A DNA stretch of 64,000 bases. It comes from a virus. Lineage: Duplodnaviria; Caudoviricetes. A program made the translations under genes and the position numbers. The stretch covers positions 64,001 through 128,000 of the IMG/VR virus record IMGVR_UViG_3300034171_000062. One strand, given 5' to 3'. The notes beneath the pieces are model-generated. The model searched no databases. It was not told where the DNA came from and was given only the letters and a program-made list of their open reading frames with translations. Below, in pieces: positions 36,371 through 46,761 of this stretch (within the stretch, counting starts at the first letter, position 1; each line of letters begins with the position of its first letter).

Positions 36371-36991
36371 TTACTCCGGGGGGTCTAGTAGACCGTTGGC
36401 GATGATGATCTGTTCAAGGGTTTTGATACGCTCCGCAAGGTCGTTGTTCATTCTGACTTGCTCGACGTATTTGGCGTAGTCGGTGGTTTGGAATTCGATG
36501 TTTGACAGTCGAGAGGCTTCCAGTATTTGATGTTGCTCTGGCGTGACCACTCCACTGGTGGGGGCCACGGCCTCGTGTACATCGGGCAACTTACCGATCA
36601 CCTTGCTGCCTACCGTGGCCATTTCTTGCTTGATGTAATCCAAGTCCAAGAAGTCAGGCAGTAAACCAAAGTCCACCGACATCACCACACGTTGATAACT
36701 GACGATTCCCATGTCGGGGTAAGCCACAATGTAGGTGTCTGGCACATACACGATGTCGAAGTCGTCGGAGATCAGAGTGATGATGGCTGCGTTATCGTCG
36801 TCGTCGGCATTGAAGGCACTGCGAGAAACACCGAACGGTTCGTAGTACTGACCGAACACGTCCTGACCCAACTCGTAGATGTCCTTAAATGATCGAATCG
36901 CGTAACAGCTGTAAACCTTTGAGGACGAGACTTCCCAAGGTTGCCGCAGTTGATAAATGCCCCGTGCAGCTAGAGGGGGAGTTTTCTTCAT
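36371..36991 (-). CDS. Putative virion structural protein (phiKZ-like)
   Basis: TPPL..RGIY.L..PW, YVPDTYI..YP and coiled-coil C-terminus; position in a conserved structural block. Confidence 0.65.
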   Translation of the reverse strand: MKKTPPLAARGIYQLRQPWEVSSSKVYSCYAIRSFKDIYELGQDVFGQYYEPFGVSRSAFNADDDDNAAIITLISDDFDIVYVPDTYIVAYPDMGIVSYQRVVMSVDFGLLPDFLDLDYIKQEMATVGSKVIGKLPDVHEAVAPTSGVVTPEQHQILEASRLSNIEFQTTDYAKYVEQVRMNNDLAERIKTLEQIIIANGLLDPPE

Positions 36992-37014
36992 ATTAGCGCC
37001 TCATTGGTGCCGGG

Positions 37015-38376
37015 TTAAACGGGCTCGCCTTCTGGACTGGTCTCTGGGGCGATTTCCCCAAACAGATCTTCATACGACAATCGAGAAACCACCAGATACT
37101 GGAACTCCTCGTGCGACGAGACCAGATACATCACGTTGTCTCGGATCAACCGAGTCATCCCCGAAGGCAGATTGGAGTATTCTGTCATCTCGTCTGCGAC
37201 CTTCAACATCTTAGACAACAGAACCGTCCACTCTTGCGTGCGCGGTGACATGCGGCCGAACTCGGATGAGTTGGTTGGGATGGCTATGTAGTCTGGGAAC
37301 TGATCCGACAACACCATGACCCCGTCTCGATTGTCAGGACCGCCCACTGCCAAAAATGACATGGACCGCCAGTTAGCCACAGACGTCACTACAACGTCAT
37401 CCACGTGTAGGTTCTCGTAACGGGTAGCTGTGGCGCGGGCGACGTCTAAAACGTCCTTGTGACGCACCGTAGGGCTGTACAGTCCCTTTACGACCGTCTC
37501 GTTCGGGATACTGAAATTAGCCCACAGAGGGGTGATGACAAATTCCGTAGCTTTGAACAAGTCGGGGATGTATTCTTCCCACTCTTCTCGGGTGTGGGCG
37601 CTGTTGTCGAGGATGTACTTGGTCAGGACGGCTTTGATGTTGTCTATGCTGTTGCCAGCCGGGCCGTAGATCACCAACGTCCAAGGTGTTGAGAGTTCGT
37701 ACTCCGGTTCGATCGGATTGGACCAGGTGTAGATGTCTGTTCGTAGAATGGTTTCTGGGTAACCGTCTTTGGCTTCTTGTACTCTCAGCATCCGCTCGGA
37801 GGCATCGTACTGATCGATCAAAGCTTTGACTTCCACCGCGGTCTTAAAGAAGTCGTCTAGCGTGTCAAACGGCGGCACTACGGTGATGGCGTACTCATCG
37901 TACTGGGCTCGGAACGCCGCATCGCTCAGCCAGATGCGAATGCTGTTCTCAGTCGCAACACCAACACCGATCACGGTAAACTGTAGGTACTGTGGCATCC
38001 AGATGTTTGAGGACGGGTCCTGAACCATCTGACCTACTTCCAATCCAGTCATGCGGTCTGAAAATTCACTCAGCAACGCAGATGCCAGATCGCTCTCACT
38101 GTCGGTAAAGTCTCCGGCCACCGACTTGGTGTACAGCCACTGCCCCAGTTCCAAGATTGGGTCGCTGTACCCAGGCGCCACTTCCACTTGCGGGCCATTG
38201 TCGGTACGGCTGTGAAACGCCATCAGATCCACGGCGGATTGCGTCGAACTGCTGTAGTGACCCACGTCTTTACTGAAGGTTTTGGCGTAAGTAGACAATT
38301 CGCCAATAGGGGAAATGGCCCCCGGTGTGTTGTCGGCCAATGGTTGGATCACCATAAAACCTTTCAAGATGTACAT
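37015..38376 (-). CDS. Putative virion structural protein (phiKZ-like)
   Basis: MYILKGF..SPIGELST..TFSKD N-terminus; AGGAG RBS; ~453 aa. Confidence 0.7.
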   Translation of the reverse strand: MYILKGFMVIQPLADNTPGAISPIGELSTYAKTFSKDVGHYSSSTQSAVDLMAFHSRTDNGPQVEVAPGYSDPILELGQWLYTKSVAGDFTDSESDLASALLSEFSDRMTGLEVGQMVQDPSSNIWMPQYLQFTVIGVGVATENSIRIWLSDAAFRAQYDEYAITVVPPFDTLDDFFKTAVEVKALIDQYDASERMLRVQEAKDGYPETILRTDIYTWSNPIEPEYELSTPWTLVIYGPAGNSIDNIKAVLTKYILDNSAHTREEWEEYIPDLFKATEFVITPLWANFSIPNETVVKGLYSPTVRHKDVLDVARATATRYENLHVDDVVVTSVANWRSMSFLAVGGPDNRDGVMVLSDQFPDYIAIPTNSSEFGRMSPRTQEWTVLLSKMLKVADEMTEYSNLPSGMTRLIRDNVMYLVSSHEEFQYLVVSRLSYEDLFGEIAPETSPEGEPV

Positions 38377-38545
38377 ACGCAAGCTCCTAAATACTAATTC
38401 TATGGCTATTGACGCAGACCTGACTGTGTGCTATCGTGGACACACCGTCCAGGAGCACCTGCAAACGGCTGCGTATTATGGGAGAAAAACAACCATACCA
38501 TGTTGATCGGTCACTGTCGATTCTCCCTCCAGACATAGGAGTGTC

Positions 38546-39034
38546 ATGGATTTAACCAAGCTCTTTAAGGTCATTGAATTTACGTGGCCGTTTATAAAAG
38601 AGATCGTGCTTGATAAAGATGCTCCCAAAGCTGACCGACGTAAGAAAGGCATCGTGTTTACGTTGCTGACCACGCTGGTGTTATTTGGAGCTGGCGCATG
38701 GGGAACGGTGCAGACATATGTCCAACCCTTCTTACCGCCCAGTCAAACTAGCGCGCCTTCTCAATACGACCGCACCCGCTGGGTTCGGTTTTTAGAAGAC
38801 CAGATGACCGAAAAAGCTGCAGAGGTGATTGAACTTCAAGTGCAATTGGAGGCAACCTCGATGCAGTTAAAGACTGAGAGGAACCGTGTTGAAGATCTGG
38901 CCCAACGACTTGAAGTGTTGGAATCCAAGTTAACGGAAGACACTCAGTCGCCTATCGTCCCACTCGTAGATCCGCCTCCTACCTCAGGAATGGATTTGTT
39001 TGATCAACTTAACGCACTAAGGACCAATTCATGA
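38546..39034 (+). CDS. Single-TM coiled-coil membrane protein (i-spanin-like)
   Basis: RRKK followed by TM GIVFTLLTTLVLFGAGAW, then a coiled coil; ATGA overlap with the lipoprotein gene. Confidence 0.55.
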   Translation: MDLTKLFKVIEFTWPFIKEIVLDKDAPKADRRKKGIVFTLLTTLVLFGAGAWGTVQTYVQPFLPPSQTSAPSQYDRTRWVRFLEDQMTEKAAEVIELQVQLEATSMQLKTERNRVEDLAQRLEVLESKLTEDTQSPIVPLVDPPPTSGMDLFDQLNALRTNS

Positions 39035-39453
39035 AAGTATTAGTCCGCAGCGGTATTCTTGGGATACTGCTGTTGTTTGGGGGGTGTGGTACAGCGCCCA
39101 TTAACATCACTCAAAGTACCGTGCCTGAGTCGATTACAGTAAAAAAGGAACCCGTCGTTTCACCGTACATTGAGCGGTGGACCGTTACTTACGAACGTCA
39201 AGGACCGGAGGCACCCATCGCCGTCGCTGAGAGCGTTCCACAGCACCCGGAGTGCCCTCAGTTTGACATGCCTGCCGTTGGTAACCCTCCCGGCATACCC
39301 GAGTTAGATCGCGGCAGACGGGGCGACTACGAATACATCGCCGAGTCGTTGTTGAATCACGTTCGGGAGTTGATGGAGTATAATCAAGGCGTGCAACACG
39401 AATTTGCCTTGGCGTATAAACGATATGTGGCACAATGTAAACGTGTGGATTAA
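39031..39453 (+). CDS. Pro-rich lipoprotein (o-spanin-like)
   Basis: Signal peptide with lipobox LFGGC; Pro-rich; two further Cys. Confidence 0.55.
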   Translation: MKVLVRSGILGILLLFGGCGTAPINITQSTVPESITVKKEPVVSPYIERWTVTYERQGPEAPIAVAESVPQHPECPQFDMPAVGNPPGIPELDRGRRGDYEYIAESLLNHVRELMEYNQGVQHEFALAYKRYVAQCKRVD

Positions 39454-39528
39454 ACCCAACAGAGTTGTCTCATCAGATGGTGAGAGGCTCTGTTGGGCCA
39501 TATATGAATTTAAACGTCGGGTGTAGAC

Positions 39529-41034
39529 ATGACCGAAGAAACCAAAAAACCAGAGACCGAAATTCCGGAAAAAGAGTCGCTTGACTTTATCGTGTATACC
39601 GACGGCGGGGCTAAACCTTCTCGAGGTCGTGCCGGTTACGGCTTCCACGGTTACCTGTATCGAGACTCAGTACCAAAGCAAGGGTCTGGGGCTAAAGCCA
39701 CCCCAACCAACGAAGGTTATGTGGCCTCGGCGCCTAAGGACAAGGCAGTAGAAGTGGTTACCTACGTGGACATGTACGCGTCCATGGAAGCAAACGAAAC
39801 CAACAACGCCATGGAGCTGATCGCGGCTTGTGAAGCGTTAGAGTACGCGTCTGAGAAAAACGTAAAGTCTATCTTGGTCTATGTGGACAGTAAGTACGTG
39901 GGCGACGGCTTGACGGATTGGGTTGCTGGCTGGATGGCCAACGATTGGAAGAAGTCAGACGGTGGTGACGTCGTCAACCGAGAGCTCTGGGAACGTCTAC
40001 TGTTGGCGAAAGGTGCCTTGGAGAAGAAACAGATCAGCGTAAACATCCAATGGGTCCGCGGACACAGTGGCGATCTGGGTAACACCATGGCCGACTTCCA
40101 CGCCTCACGAGGAGTGCTGTTGGCTGAAAAGCGGGTCGTTGATCGTCAACGTTGGGAAAGTGAATCAAAAGGGTATTGGAATCTGAAGAGTGCGTACAAC
40201 CGCATGCTGTCCAAATCCTGCTGGTACTTCAACACCAATACAGGCGATACCTTTAAAACTGCGGATGGCCGTTGGGTCTACCATTTGGGCAAACACGGCG
40301 ACAACGATGGGATGTTAGGTAAACGCATGTCAGATGCCAGCTTCTCGGTAGTGTACTTGAAAGAGCCCAGTGCGGTCCTGGAGATCCTTAGGACATATCA
40401 AGACGAAGTCAGCGATGGAACGTCGCAACGCGTCATCGTCGGGCGTCTGGACGCCATTCATCAACCGCGCAATCACCTCGATCTTCAAGAGAACAAGGAC
40501 CGCTTCTTATCTCGGGGCAGTCGTCATCTGGACTTGACGAACATAGAAGATGTGCAACTGACCAAAGAAATGCGGCCTGCCCGTTTGGCATATCGAGCCA
40601 TTGAGACTCTGGTAAGTTTGGAAGCGATGTTGGAAGACTACGTCTTCGGGAAAGATGGCGATCCGCAACGCTTGAACTTTGTGGTGACCGACATCACCGA
40701 CCTGCTGTTCGAGAAAGAAGAAACCAGCAAGGGTAAAGTCAAGTGTAAACTCAAGAAAGAACTGGGTACTGGCGTTCGTTCCATTGACGCAGACATCGAA
40801 TACGACACCGGAAAACATAAAGGCACGACTACCACCACTTTAGTATTGGACATGGACCTCCCTAATCGGAACGCTCTGTCAGCCCTGGCTGACCGGAACC
40901 CGACGGTGAAGGTCCTGACCGTGCGAGAGTCGGATGGATCTTTTCGATTCGCCTCAGTAATGGAAGCGGGCGACGACATCGGCATTTGGTCGTCGATATA
41001 TTCGAACTTGAAACTCATCTCTGGGTCGGAGTGA
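39529..41034 (+). CDS. rnhA: Ribonuclease H (phiKZ gp155-like, long C-terminal extension)
   Basis: VYTDGG, TNNAMELIA, VDSKYV, NRELWERL, WVRGHSG..GN..AD. Confidence 0.9.
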   Translation: MTEETKKPETEIPEKESLDFIVYTDGGAKPSRGRAGYGFHGYLYRDSVPKQGSGAKATPTNEGYVASAPKDKAVEVVTYVDMYASMEANETNNAMELIAACEALEYASEKNVKSILVYVDSKYVGDGLTDWVAGWMANDWKKSDGGDVVNRELWERLLLAKGALEKKQISVNIQWVRGHSGDLGNTMADFHASRGVLLAEKRVVDRQRWESESKGYWNLKSAYNRMLSKSCWYFNTNTGDTFKTADGRWVYHLGKHGDNDGMLGKRMSDASFSVVYLKEPSAVLEILRTYQDEVSDGTSQRVIVGRLDAIHQPRNHLDLQENKDRFLSRGSRHLDLTNIEDVQLTKEMRPARLAYRAIETLVSLEAMLEDYVFGKDGDPQRLNFVVTDITDLLFEKEETSKGKVKCKLKKELGTGVRSIDADIEYDTGKHKGTTTTTLVLDMDLPNRNALSALADRNPTVKVLTVRESDGSFRFASVMEAGDDIGIWSSIYSNLKLISGSE

Positions 41035-41072
41035 CCTCTGATCTACTGTGAGTTCTATGTACAGGTGGCGGG

Positions 41073-41519
41073 ATGGCTGGCGTACGTACAATACTGTTAA
41101 CACTACTCAAACCCTTCAGTGTGATCTTAGCAACCCTCACGGGGTTGCTTCTGACCAACCGCGGTAAACGGATTCTGTTCGCAGCGTCCCTTTACACGTA
41201 TTTGAATCGCGTCGACCCAAGCGAATTGGACACCGACACGATGAACGAATACATGGAGGAGATCAACCGGTTGTTTCAATTGACCGGCCGAGAACACCGA
41301 GCGTTGCTGATGCCCTTAATGTTGCACGAGTTCATTTGGGGAAACATCGAATTGCCAGACGATGAATGTTTGACAAAACGCACGGTGCAGAGTAATTGTG
41401 AATTCTTGCTGAAACGCATACCGCACTGGTTGCGTTATGATTCAAAGGTGATGAAAGACGACGCCATGGTAATCGTACGTCGCTCGGCAGGACGGTATCT
41501 ACAACTGCAACACCGGTGA
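41073..41519 (+). CDS. Hypothetical protein with hydrophobic N-terminus
   Basis: 148-aa ORF; AGGTGG RBS. Confidence 0.7.
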   Translation: MAGVRTILLTLLKPFSVILATLTGLLLTNRGKRILFAASLYTYLNRVDPSELDTDTMNEYMEEINRLFQLTGREHRALLMPLMLHEFIWGNIELPDDECLTKRTVQSNCEFLLKRIPHWLRYDSKVMKDDAMVIVRRSAGRYLQLQHR

Positions 41520-41558
41520 AGCGCTGTATTAACTATCAATAAAGAAAAAAGGTTCGGC

Positions 41559-42014
41559 ATGAGTATTTTAATGGATTTGTTCGGCATTCGGCCGCGCATC
41601 AAATTCTTCGACGGCGAGTTGGAATTTCTATCGAATACCTATCGCCATCGCAAGCCCATACAAGAGATCGTAGGGTGCGTGACACTGAGTTACCCCACGG
41701 TGGCCCATGCAATCCGTGGGGTACATCAATCGGAATTTACCGACAAATTCACCATCATGCAGATCGCCGACGTGGCGAGTCTCCCGCCTGTCATTAAGGC
41801 GAACCCGGGGATCGTTGAGGGGTGTCTGCGCCAGAAGTTTGGATGTGTGGAACTGATCAATAAGTTGAAAGCTACTGGCAACGCTAAGTTGCAAGGCGCT
41901 GATGCGTTGACCTGTTCCATATTGGAAACTCTACGCGAGGAGGCCTTCGCCAAATGCTCTACGATCCAAAACTCGAATCTGTGTTTGGGTATCGAGGCGA
42001 GTATTACTTCCTAA
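41559..42014 (+). CDS. Degenerate NADAR-like protein
   Basis: FLSNTY, YPTVAHA, QKF and LKATG align with the downstream NADAR, but the E..D..WG..G.N.LG motifs are missing. Confidence 0.6.
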   Translation: MSILMDLFGIRPRIKFFDGELEFLSNTYRHRKPIQEIVGCVTLSYPTVAHAIRGVHQSEFTDKFTIMQIADVASLPPVIKANPGIVEGCLRQKFGCVELINKLKATGNAKLQGADALTCSILETLREEAFAKCSTIQNSNLCLGIEASITS

Positions 42015-42430
42015 GTAACTTTTACCCTCAAATGGACCCGGTAAGTGAAATCTTCAAAGGGGTGTATATCGAATACCCTACTGTGGAACACGCGTATCAA
42101 GCTTCCAAAAGTTTGGATGCGAGGGTCCGGATGAGCATTGCAAGTCAAACGACGCCCGGGGGGTCTAAGCGCCAAGGCCGTTCTATTTCCTGTCGCTCTG
42201 ACTGGGAATCGATCAAAGACGATGTGATGTTACATTGGGTACGGGAGAAGTTCGCTCAAGCACACGCACAAAGACTTTTACTCGCCACCGGTCGACGACA
42301 GTTGATAGAGGCTAACAATCACGGCGACACGTATTGGGGCACCGACCAGTTTGGTGACGGACGAAACCAGTTGGGAGAGACCCACATGCAGGTTCGATAC
42401 GAGATCGCTTTAGACATAGGGGTCTGGTAA
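41954..42430 (+). CDS. NADAR family protein (YbiA-like)
   Basis: FLSNFY, YPTVEHAYQASK, DWE..K..VM, KF, LLATG..LIE..DTYWG..GRNQLG. Confidence 0.88.
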   Translation: MLYDPKLESVFGYRGEYYFLSNFYPQMDPVSEIFKGVYIEYPTVEHAYQASKSLDARVRMSIASQTTPGGSKRQGRSISCRSDWESIKDDVMLHWVREKFAQAHAQRLLLATGRRQLIEANNHGDTYWGTDQFGDGRNQLGETHMQVRYEIALDIGVW

Positions 42431-42452
42431 CCTACCGATCCAGGGATGTGGC

Positions 42453-42860
42453 ATGGGACACTTTGAACAACTGCTCGCGCATTTGATTGGCGATTACATA
42501 TTGCAAACGGACCGTATGGCCCGACGGAAGACCTCGGATGACTTGTATGCAGTATTGCACGTGTTGTTGTACTGTGTGCCGTTCCTGGTTCTAGGGGCCT
42601 CTTTAAAGGCGTTAGTGGTCATAGGGGGTACACACTACCTGATTGATCGGTATCGCCTTGCCTTGTACGTGGTGAAGCTTAAGACGGTCATTGACTACAG
42701 CACAGCTGGGTGTCATGAGATACGAACTCAGCTGTGCAACCTCAACGAACACGGTTTCCCACAAGGAACGCCGGCTTACTTGGGGTTTTGGATTGTGGTC
42801 ATTGTGGACAACACTCTCCACATCGCCATCAACGCGTGGGCCATTACTAAATTTGGCTAA
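42453..42860 (+). CDS. DUF3307-like membrane protein
   Basis: LAHLIGDYILQT, H..LY, HYLID, DNTLH. Confidence 0.75.
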   Translation: MGHFEQLLAHLIGDYILQTDRMARRKTSDDLYAVLHVLLYCVPFLVLGASLKALVVIGGTHYLIDRYRLALYVVKLKTVIDYSTAGCHEIRTQLCNLNEHGFPQGTPAYLGFWIVVIVDNTLHIAINAWAITKFG

Positions 42861-42900
42861 CGGCATAGGAGGAGGCCACTGGCCTCCTCCTGTTATTCCG
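42861..42900. terminator. Bidirectional terminator
   Basis: AGGAGGAGGCC-ACT-GGCCTCCTCCT flanked by CGGCAT and GTTATTCCG. Confidence 0.78.
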
Positions 42901-43980
42901 TTAGACGAAGTTTGGCTTATTGGACTCGAATATGGGTGTTCCTTCAGCGAACTGTGAGTAGTAAAGTACATTACTCACGTCCCAGCCTGAGATGTTTTCA
43001 TTAAACGACTCAGCAAATCGGAACATGGCGCCCATATCTACAACGCTTGAAACGTCCCATTTAGACATGTCTTTGCGGTATGTTTCGGCGTCGTAAAACA
43101 TGGATTTCATGGTGGCGACGTTACTGACGTTCCAATTACCAATGTATTGATCAAATGCGAACGCGCTCTTGAATGTGTCTTCCATATTGACAACGCCGGA
43201 CACGTCCCAGTTATCCAAGGGTTGGTTGAATACCGAATTGCCTTTAAAACACCGTCTGATTGAAACGACGTTACTCATGTCCCAATGACTTACGTTGGAA
43301 TTGAAGTCGGCAGCGTTCTCAAACATCGCCGCGGCTGAAGCGTTTGGTAAAAACCTTGGCGAATCGGACGCACTGATCACAAACCCGGCCCGATCTCTGA
43401 ACATGAATGTCGTTGATTGAAACTCCACCGTGCCCCATTGCATCACGTCTTTGATCTGACGGCGACTATTGACCAGTGGGGCGGTAAATCCGTTAACCAA
43501 ACCGATCACGATCACTTCGTACTGCCCTGGGGCGCCGTAGTCGTGAGACGCGCTTCCGCTGTAGGTCACGCGCGCGCTTCCATCACCCCAGTCGACGGTG
43601 ACATCCGAACCGACATCAAACGGTAAGATCACATGGGTGGCTCCTTCGAGGTTGCCTTCGGTGTCCACCAGTAATTTCATACCAGCACCAAAGAAGCTCC
43701 CGGTAGTCATGATAACAGCGATGTCATCCCGCACCAGGGCGTTCATACGCCCTGGGTTGGAGAACAACTGATCGTCGTTGGTCACGACTGGGTCGTCCTT
43801 CTTGACCTGGGCGATCAACACGGCGTACTCGTCGCCTGTTAAAATCGCCAGTTCCTTAGCGTCGTCCAAGTCTTGCTGAGTGATGGCGGCAGCGGCGAAA
43901 TCGACGACTGCCTGTTTGTAGTCGTCGATGGCTGAATTGAGTTCAACGCGTTTCAAGTCCAAGTCAGAAAGAGTGGCCAT
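42901..43980 (-). CDS. PKD-domain + DUF285/BspA-like repeat protein, paralog B
   Basis: Same N-terminal module as paralog A (MATLSDLDLKR...NDDQLFSNP.RMNALVRDDIA); VDWGDG; WDVSxVxxM repeats. Confidence 0.85.
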   Translation of the reverse strand: MATLSDLDLKRVELNSAIDDYKQAVVDFAAAAITQQDLDDAKELAILTGDEYAVLIAQVKKDDPVVTNDDQLFSNPGRMNALVRDDIAVIMTTGSFFGAGMKLLVDTEGNLEGATHVILPFDVGSDVTVDWGDGSARVTYSGSASHDYGAPGQYEVIVIGLVNGFTAPLVNSRRQIKDVMQWGTVEFQSTTFMFRDRAGFVISASDSPRFLPNASAAAMFENAADFNSNVSHWDMSNVVSIRRCFKGNSVFNQPLDNWDVSGVVNMEDTFKSAFAFDQYIGNWNVSNVATMKSMFYDAETYRKDMSKWDVSSVVDMGAMFRFAESFNENISGWDVSNVLYYSQFAEGTPIFESNKPNFV

Positions 43981-44036
43981 ATTTTACTCCAAAAAAAGTA
44001 ATGATACGTCGGGAGATAGACTCTCGACGTGTTGAT

Positions 44037-44867
44037 TCAGTCGTATCCGCGTACCAAATCGGACGCAGCTTCGATCGACGCTTGCAGTTGCTCCACCATG
44101 AACGCTTGAGTGGCGTAGAACTCCACCTCTTCAGCCATCACAAAGCTCACTTTGGCCAACTCACTGATTTTCAGTCCACTGGCTTCGTAGGTTTCTGGGT
44201 CGGTCTCCATGCGTTCGATGAGTTTGTTCAAATGTCCGCTGATCGTCTCCACCAGACTCAACACTTCTTTACGAGAGATTCGTGCCATGCGCTCAACCAG
44301 ATCGTTGAACTCCCCAGCGATCTTTGGCCAGTCGCTTTGACGACCGACCAGATCGCCGTAGGACCGACGTTCTGCGGAGTCTTTATTGAAGTCCTTCGCC
44401 ATTTCCGTGCGCAGCGACTCAATGTCGTGGGTGACCACTTTGTCAATGATCTTAGAGTCCCGCTGTGACTTCAGAGTCTCTGGGTTACTGAGTAGGGTGG
44501 CTAAGTGCCGCTCAAACGGTCTCAGAGTCTCTGTAAGCAACTCATCAAGGGCATCCTGATTACGGTTCAACGAAGTCAAGTGTTTCAGGTAACTGACCTG
44601 TAGGCCCTTAGGGACCATGACGTTACGACGACGCAATGTCATGTAATCGCCTTTCTTGGACAACTTGGCGTACTTGCGTTGGTTGAATAGATCGAGCTGT
44701 AACTCTTCGTTGGGTAATAGACCATTGACAAACCCTGTAAGTTTGTCAAAGAATCCCGGCAGCTTCTCGCGCAAGCTATCGAAGGACCCGCGTAGGTTAA
44801 TGGCTTCGGTGGACAATACTAGGGTGGCTTCTTCAAGAACGCCTAGGCTGACGGTCTGCTCAGACAT
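44037..44867 (-). CDS. Hypothetical phiKZ-like protein (possibly virion head-associated)
   Basis: Start MSEQTV at 44867 after GGAGA; contains STE/A, resembling the S-x-E processing sites of phiKZ head proteins; divergent from uvsX. Confidence 0.6.
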   Translation of the reverse strand: MSEQTVSLGVLEEATLVLSTEAINLRGSFDSLREKLPGFFDKLTGFVNGLLPNEELQLDLFNQRKYAKLSKKGDYMTLRRRNVMVPKGLQVSYLKHLTSLNRNQDALDELLTETLRPFERHLATLLSNPETLKSQRDSKIIDKVVTHDIESLRTEMAKDFNKDSAERRSYGDLVGRQSDWPKIAGEFNDLVERMARISRKEVLSLVETISGHLNKLIERMETDPETYEASGLKISELAKVSFVMAEEVEFYATQAFMVEQLQASIEAASDLVRGYD

Positions 44868-44987
44868 GATGTTTCTCCGACGGTATGCGAAAGATGGAAT
44901 GCGGTTCATAAAATTTAACGGCACTCGGCGATAGTTTGACCAGAGCACACGACTCACATACTACATACACGCTTCTAGGAGTCTTAC

Positions 44988-46445
44988 ATGACAGGCTTTA
45001 CTCCTGCTCCCCACATTCGTCCACGGCCTTGCGTCGGTGCTCTCATGGATATTCCATGTGGCCGCTACCATAAAGGCAAGTATGGCGACATGATCCTAAA
45101 CGGAGGATTCAGTAATTTCATTGGTTTTGGGGGTCGTGGCAACACGTTTAAAACCGCCTTGGCTTTGGCTAACTCGCTGCGGGTCCTTGACCGGTATGAC
45201 ACCGCCCGATTGACAGTCTATGACACCGAGATCACCTTCTCAATCGATCGCATCGAAGACATGTCGTCTCGGTTTAAGAATCTGGATTACATCACTGCCG
45301 TTGAAAGCGGCCGCATCATGCTAACGTCGGCGGCGGAACACAGCGGTAACGCTTGGTGGAAGATTGTTCGAACCCATGCGGAAGAACGCATGAAGAACGC
45401 CAAGAAGCTGAAGACGGATACGCCCTTCCTTGACCTGAATAAAGTACCGATCAAAGCCTTCCCTCCAGAGATCCATTTCCTGGACTCCATGAGTCAACTA
45501 CAGACCGACGCGGTGGAAGAGATCTACGCTAAGCATGAAATCGATGCGGGGGCAGCCAACACAGACGCCTTGCGCGGCGCTGCCATCAAGACACGTCTGG
45601 TCATGCAAGTACCTCAGGTGACAGCTGGGGGTGGCATGACCCTCATTGCAACCGCACACGTGGGCGATGAGATGAAACTCGATCCCTACGCGCCGTACAA
45701 GCAGCAGTTGTCTTTTTTGAAGAAAGGACTGAAGTTCAAGAACACCCCAGAGAAGTTCACTTTCTTAACGTCGAACTGTTGGGTGGTGACTGACGCGCAT
45801 CCGTTGATGAACAAGTCAACCAAGTCACCTGAGTATCCGTTACCTGGGTTTAACGACGCAGTGGGCGATACCGACTTGCAAGAACTGAATCTGATCAACG
45901 TGCGTTCCAAGTCTGGACCCACCGGGCACGCGTTTAAGTTGATCATCTCCCAGACTGAAGGCCTACTTCCAAGTCTCAGCGAGTACCATTATCTGAAGGA
46001 ACGTAAGGATAAGTTCGGCCTGGTAGGTCCTGAGGGGATTCAGAAAAGCTATCGATTAGCGTTGTACCCTGAGACACTGCTCAAGCGGACAACCGTCCGG
46101 GACACGATCGACGAAGACGAGAGACTGCAACGGGCGTTGGAGTTTACCTCAGAGTTGTGTCAGATCTATGAATACTGGCCAGACTTCGAACGTAAAGACA
46201 TTGTCCATCCGCAAGAACTATACGACAAGTTAATTGAACTGGGTTACGATTGGAACATAATACTTGACACTCGTGGGTATTGGACATTCGATCATTACGA
46301 AAACAAGGTACAACCTCTGTCTACCATGGACTTGATCAACATGTACCACGAGCGGTACATCCCGTTCTGGTATCCTGATAAAGACAAGTTGAAAGTCAAA
46401 TTGAAAGACCAGAGTGGTGATACAGATGGCAACAGTACTGCGTGA
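44988..46445 (+). CDS. uvsX: UvsX/RecA-like recombinase (phiKZ gp152-like)
   Basis: Walker A-like GRGNTFKT, YDTE, Walker B FLDS, TAHVG, RSKSGP. Confidence 0.82.
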   Translation: MTGFTPAPHIRPRPCVGALMDIPCGRYHKGKYGDMILNGGFSNFIGFGGRGNTFKTALALANSLRVLDRYDTARLTVYDTEITFSIDRIEDMSSRFKNLDYITAVESGRIMLTSAAEHSGNAWWKIVRTHAEERMKNAKKLKTDTPFLDLNKVPIKAFPPEIHFLDSMSQLQTDAVEEIYAKHEIDAGAANTDALRGAAIKTRLVMQVPQVTAGGGMTLIATAHVGDEMKLDPYAPYKQQLSFLKKGLKFKNTPEKFTFLTSNCWVVTDAHPLMNKSTKSPEYPLPGFNDAVGDTDLQELNLINVRSKSGPTGHAFKLIISQTEGLLPSLSEYHYLKERKDKFGLVGPEGIQKSYRLALYPETLLKRTTVRDTIDEDERLQRALEFTSELCQIYEYWPDFERKDIVHPQELYDKLIELGYDWNIILDTRGYWTFDHYENKVQPLSTMDLINMYHERYIPFWYPDKDKLKVKLKDQSGDTDGNSTA

Positions 46446-46761
46446 TATTGCGGGTGAGCTCTTTGCTCGCTTACAATCACGCTCGCCGAATCATGCGGAG
46501 CGTTGGAAAGCGCTCTTCATCAATCAGCATCGAGCATGGACCCACGGTCCATTGCCGTCGGTGAATGTGCAGATCCGTGAGATCAATGAATTCTGGCGCG
46601 TACAGTTGGGGATGTTAACCTCTGACACCATGTACGCTCGGAGTTGCATCATGGACAACCTCGATCCAGACATCTGGTTGAGGAACTTTGAACGCTACGT
46701 AATGGAGGTTGTCTTGTACGAGCCCATTCCAACACAACAGTGGAACGTCCGTTGCGCGTAA
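46426..46761 (+). CDS. Hypothetical protein
   Basis: ORF overlapping the uvsX end; likely ATG 46426. Confidence 0.65.
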   Translation: MATVLRDIAGELFARLQSRSPNHAERWKALFINQHRAWTHGPLPSVNVQIREINEFWRVQLGMLTSDTMYARSCIMDNLDPDIWLRNFERYVMEVVLYEPIPTQQWNVRCA

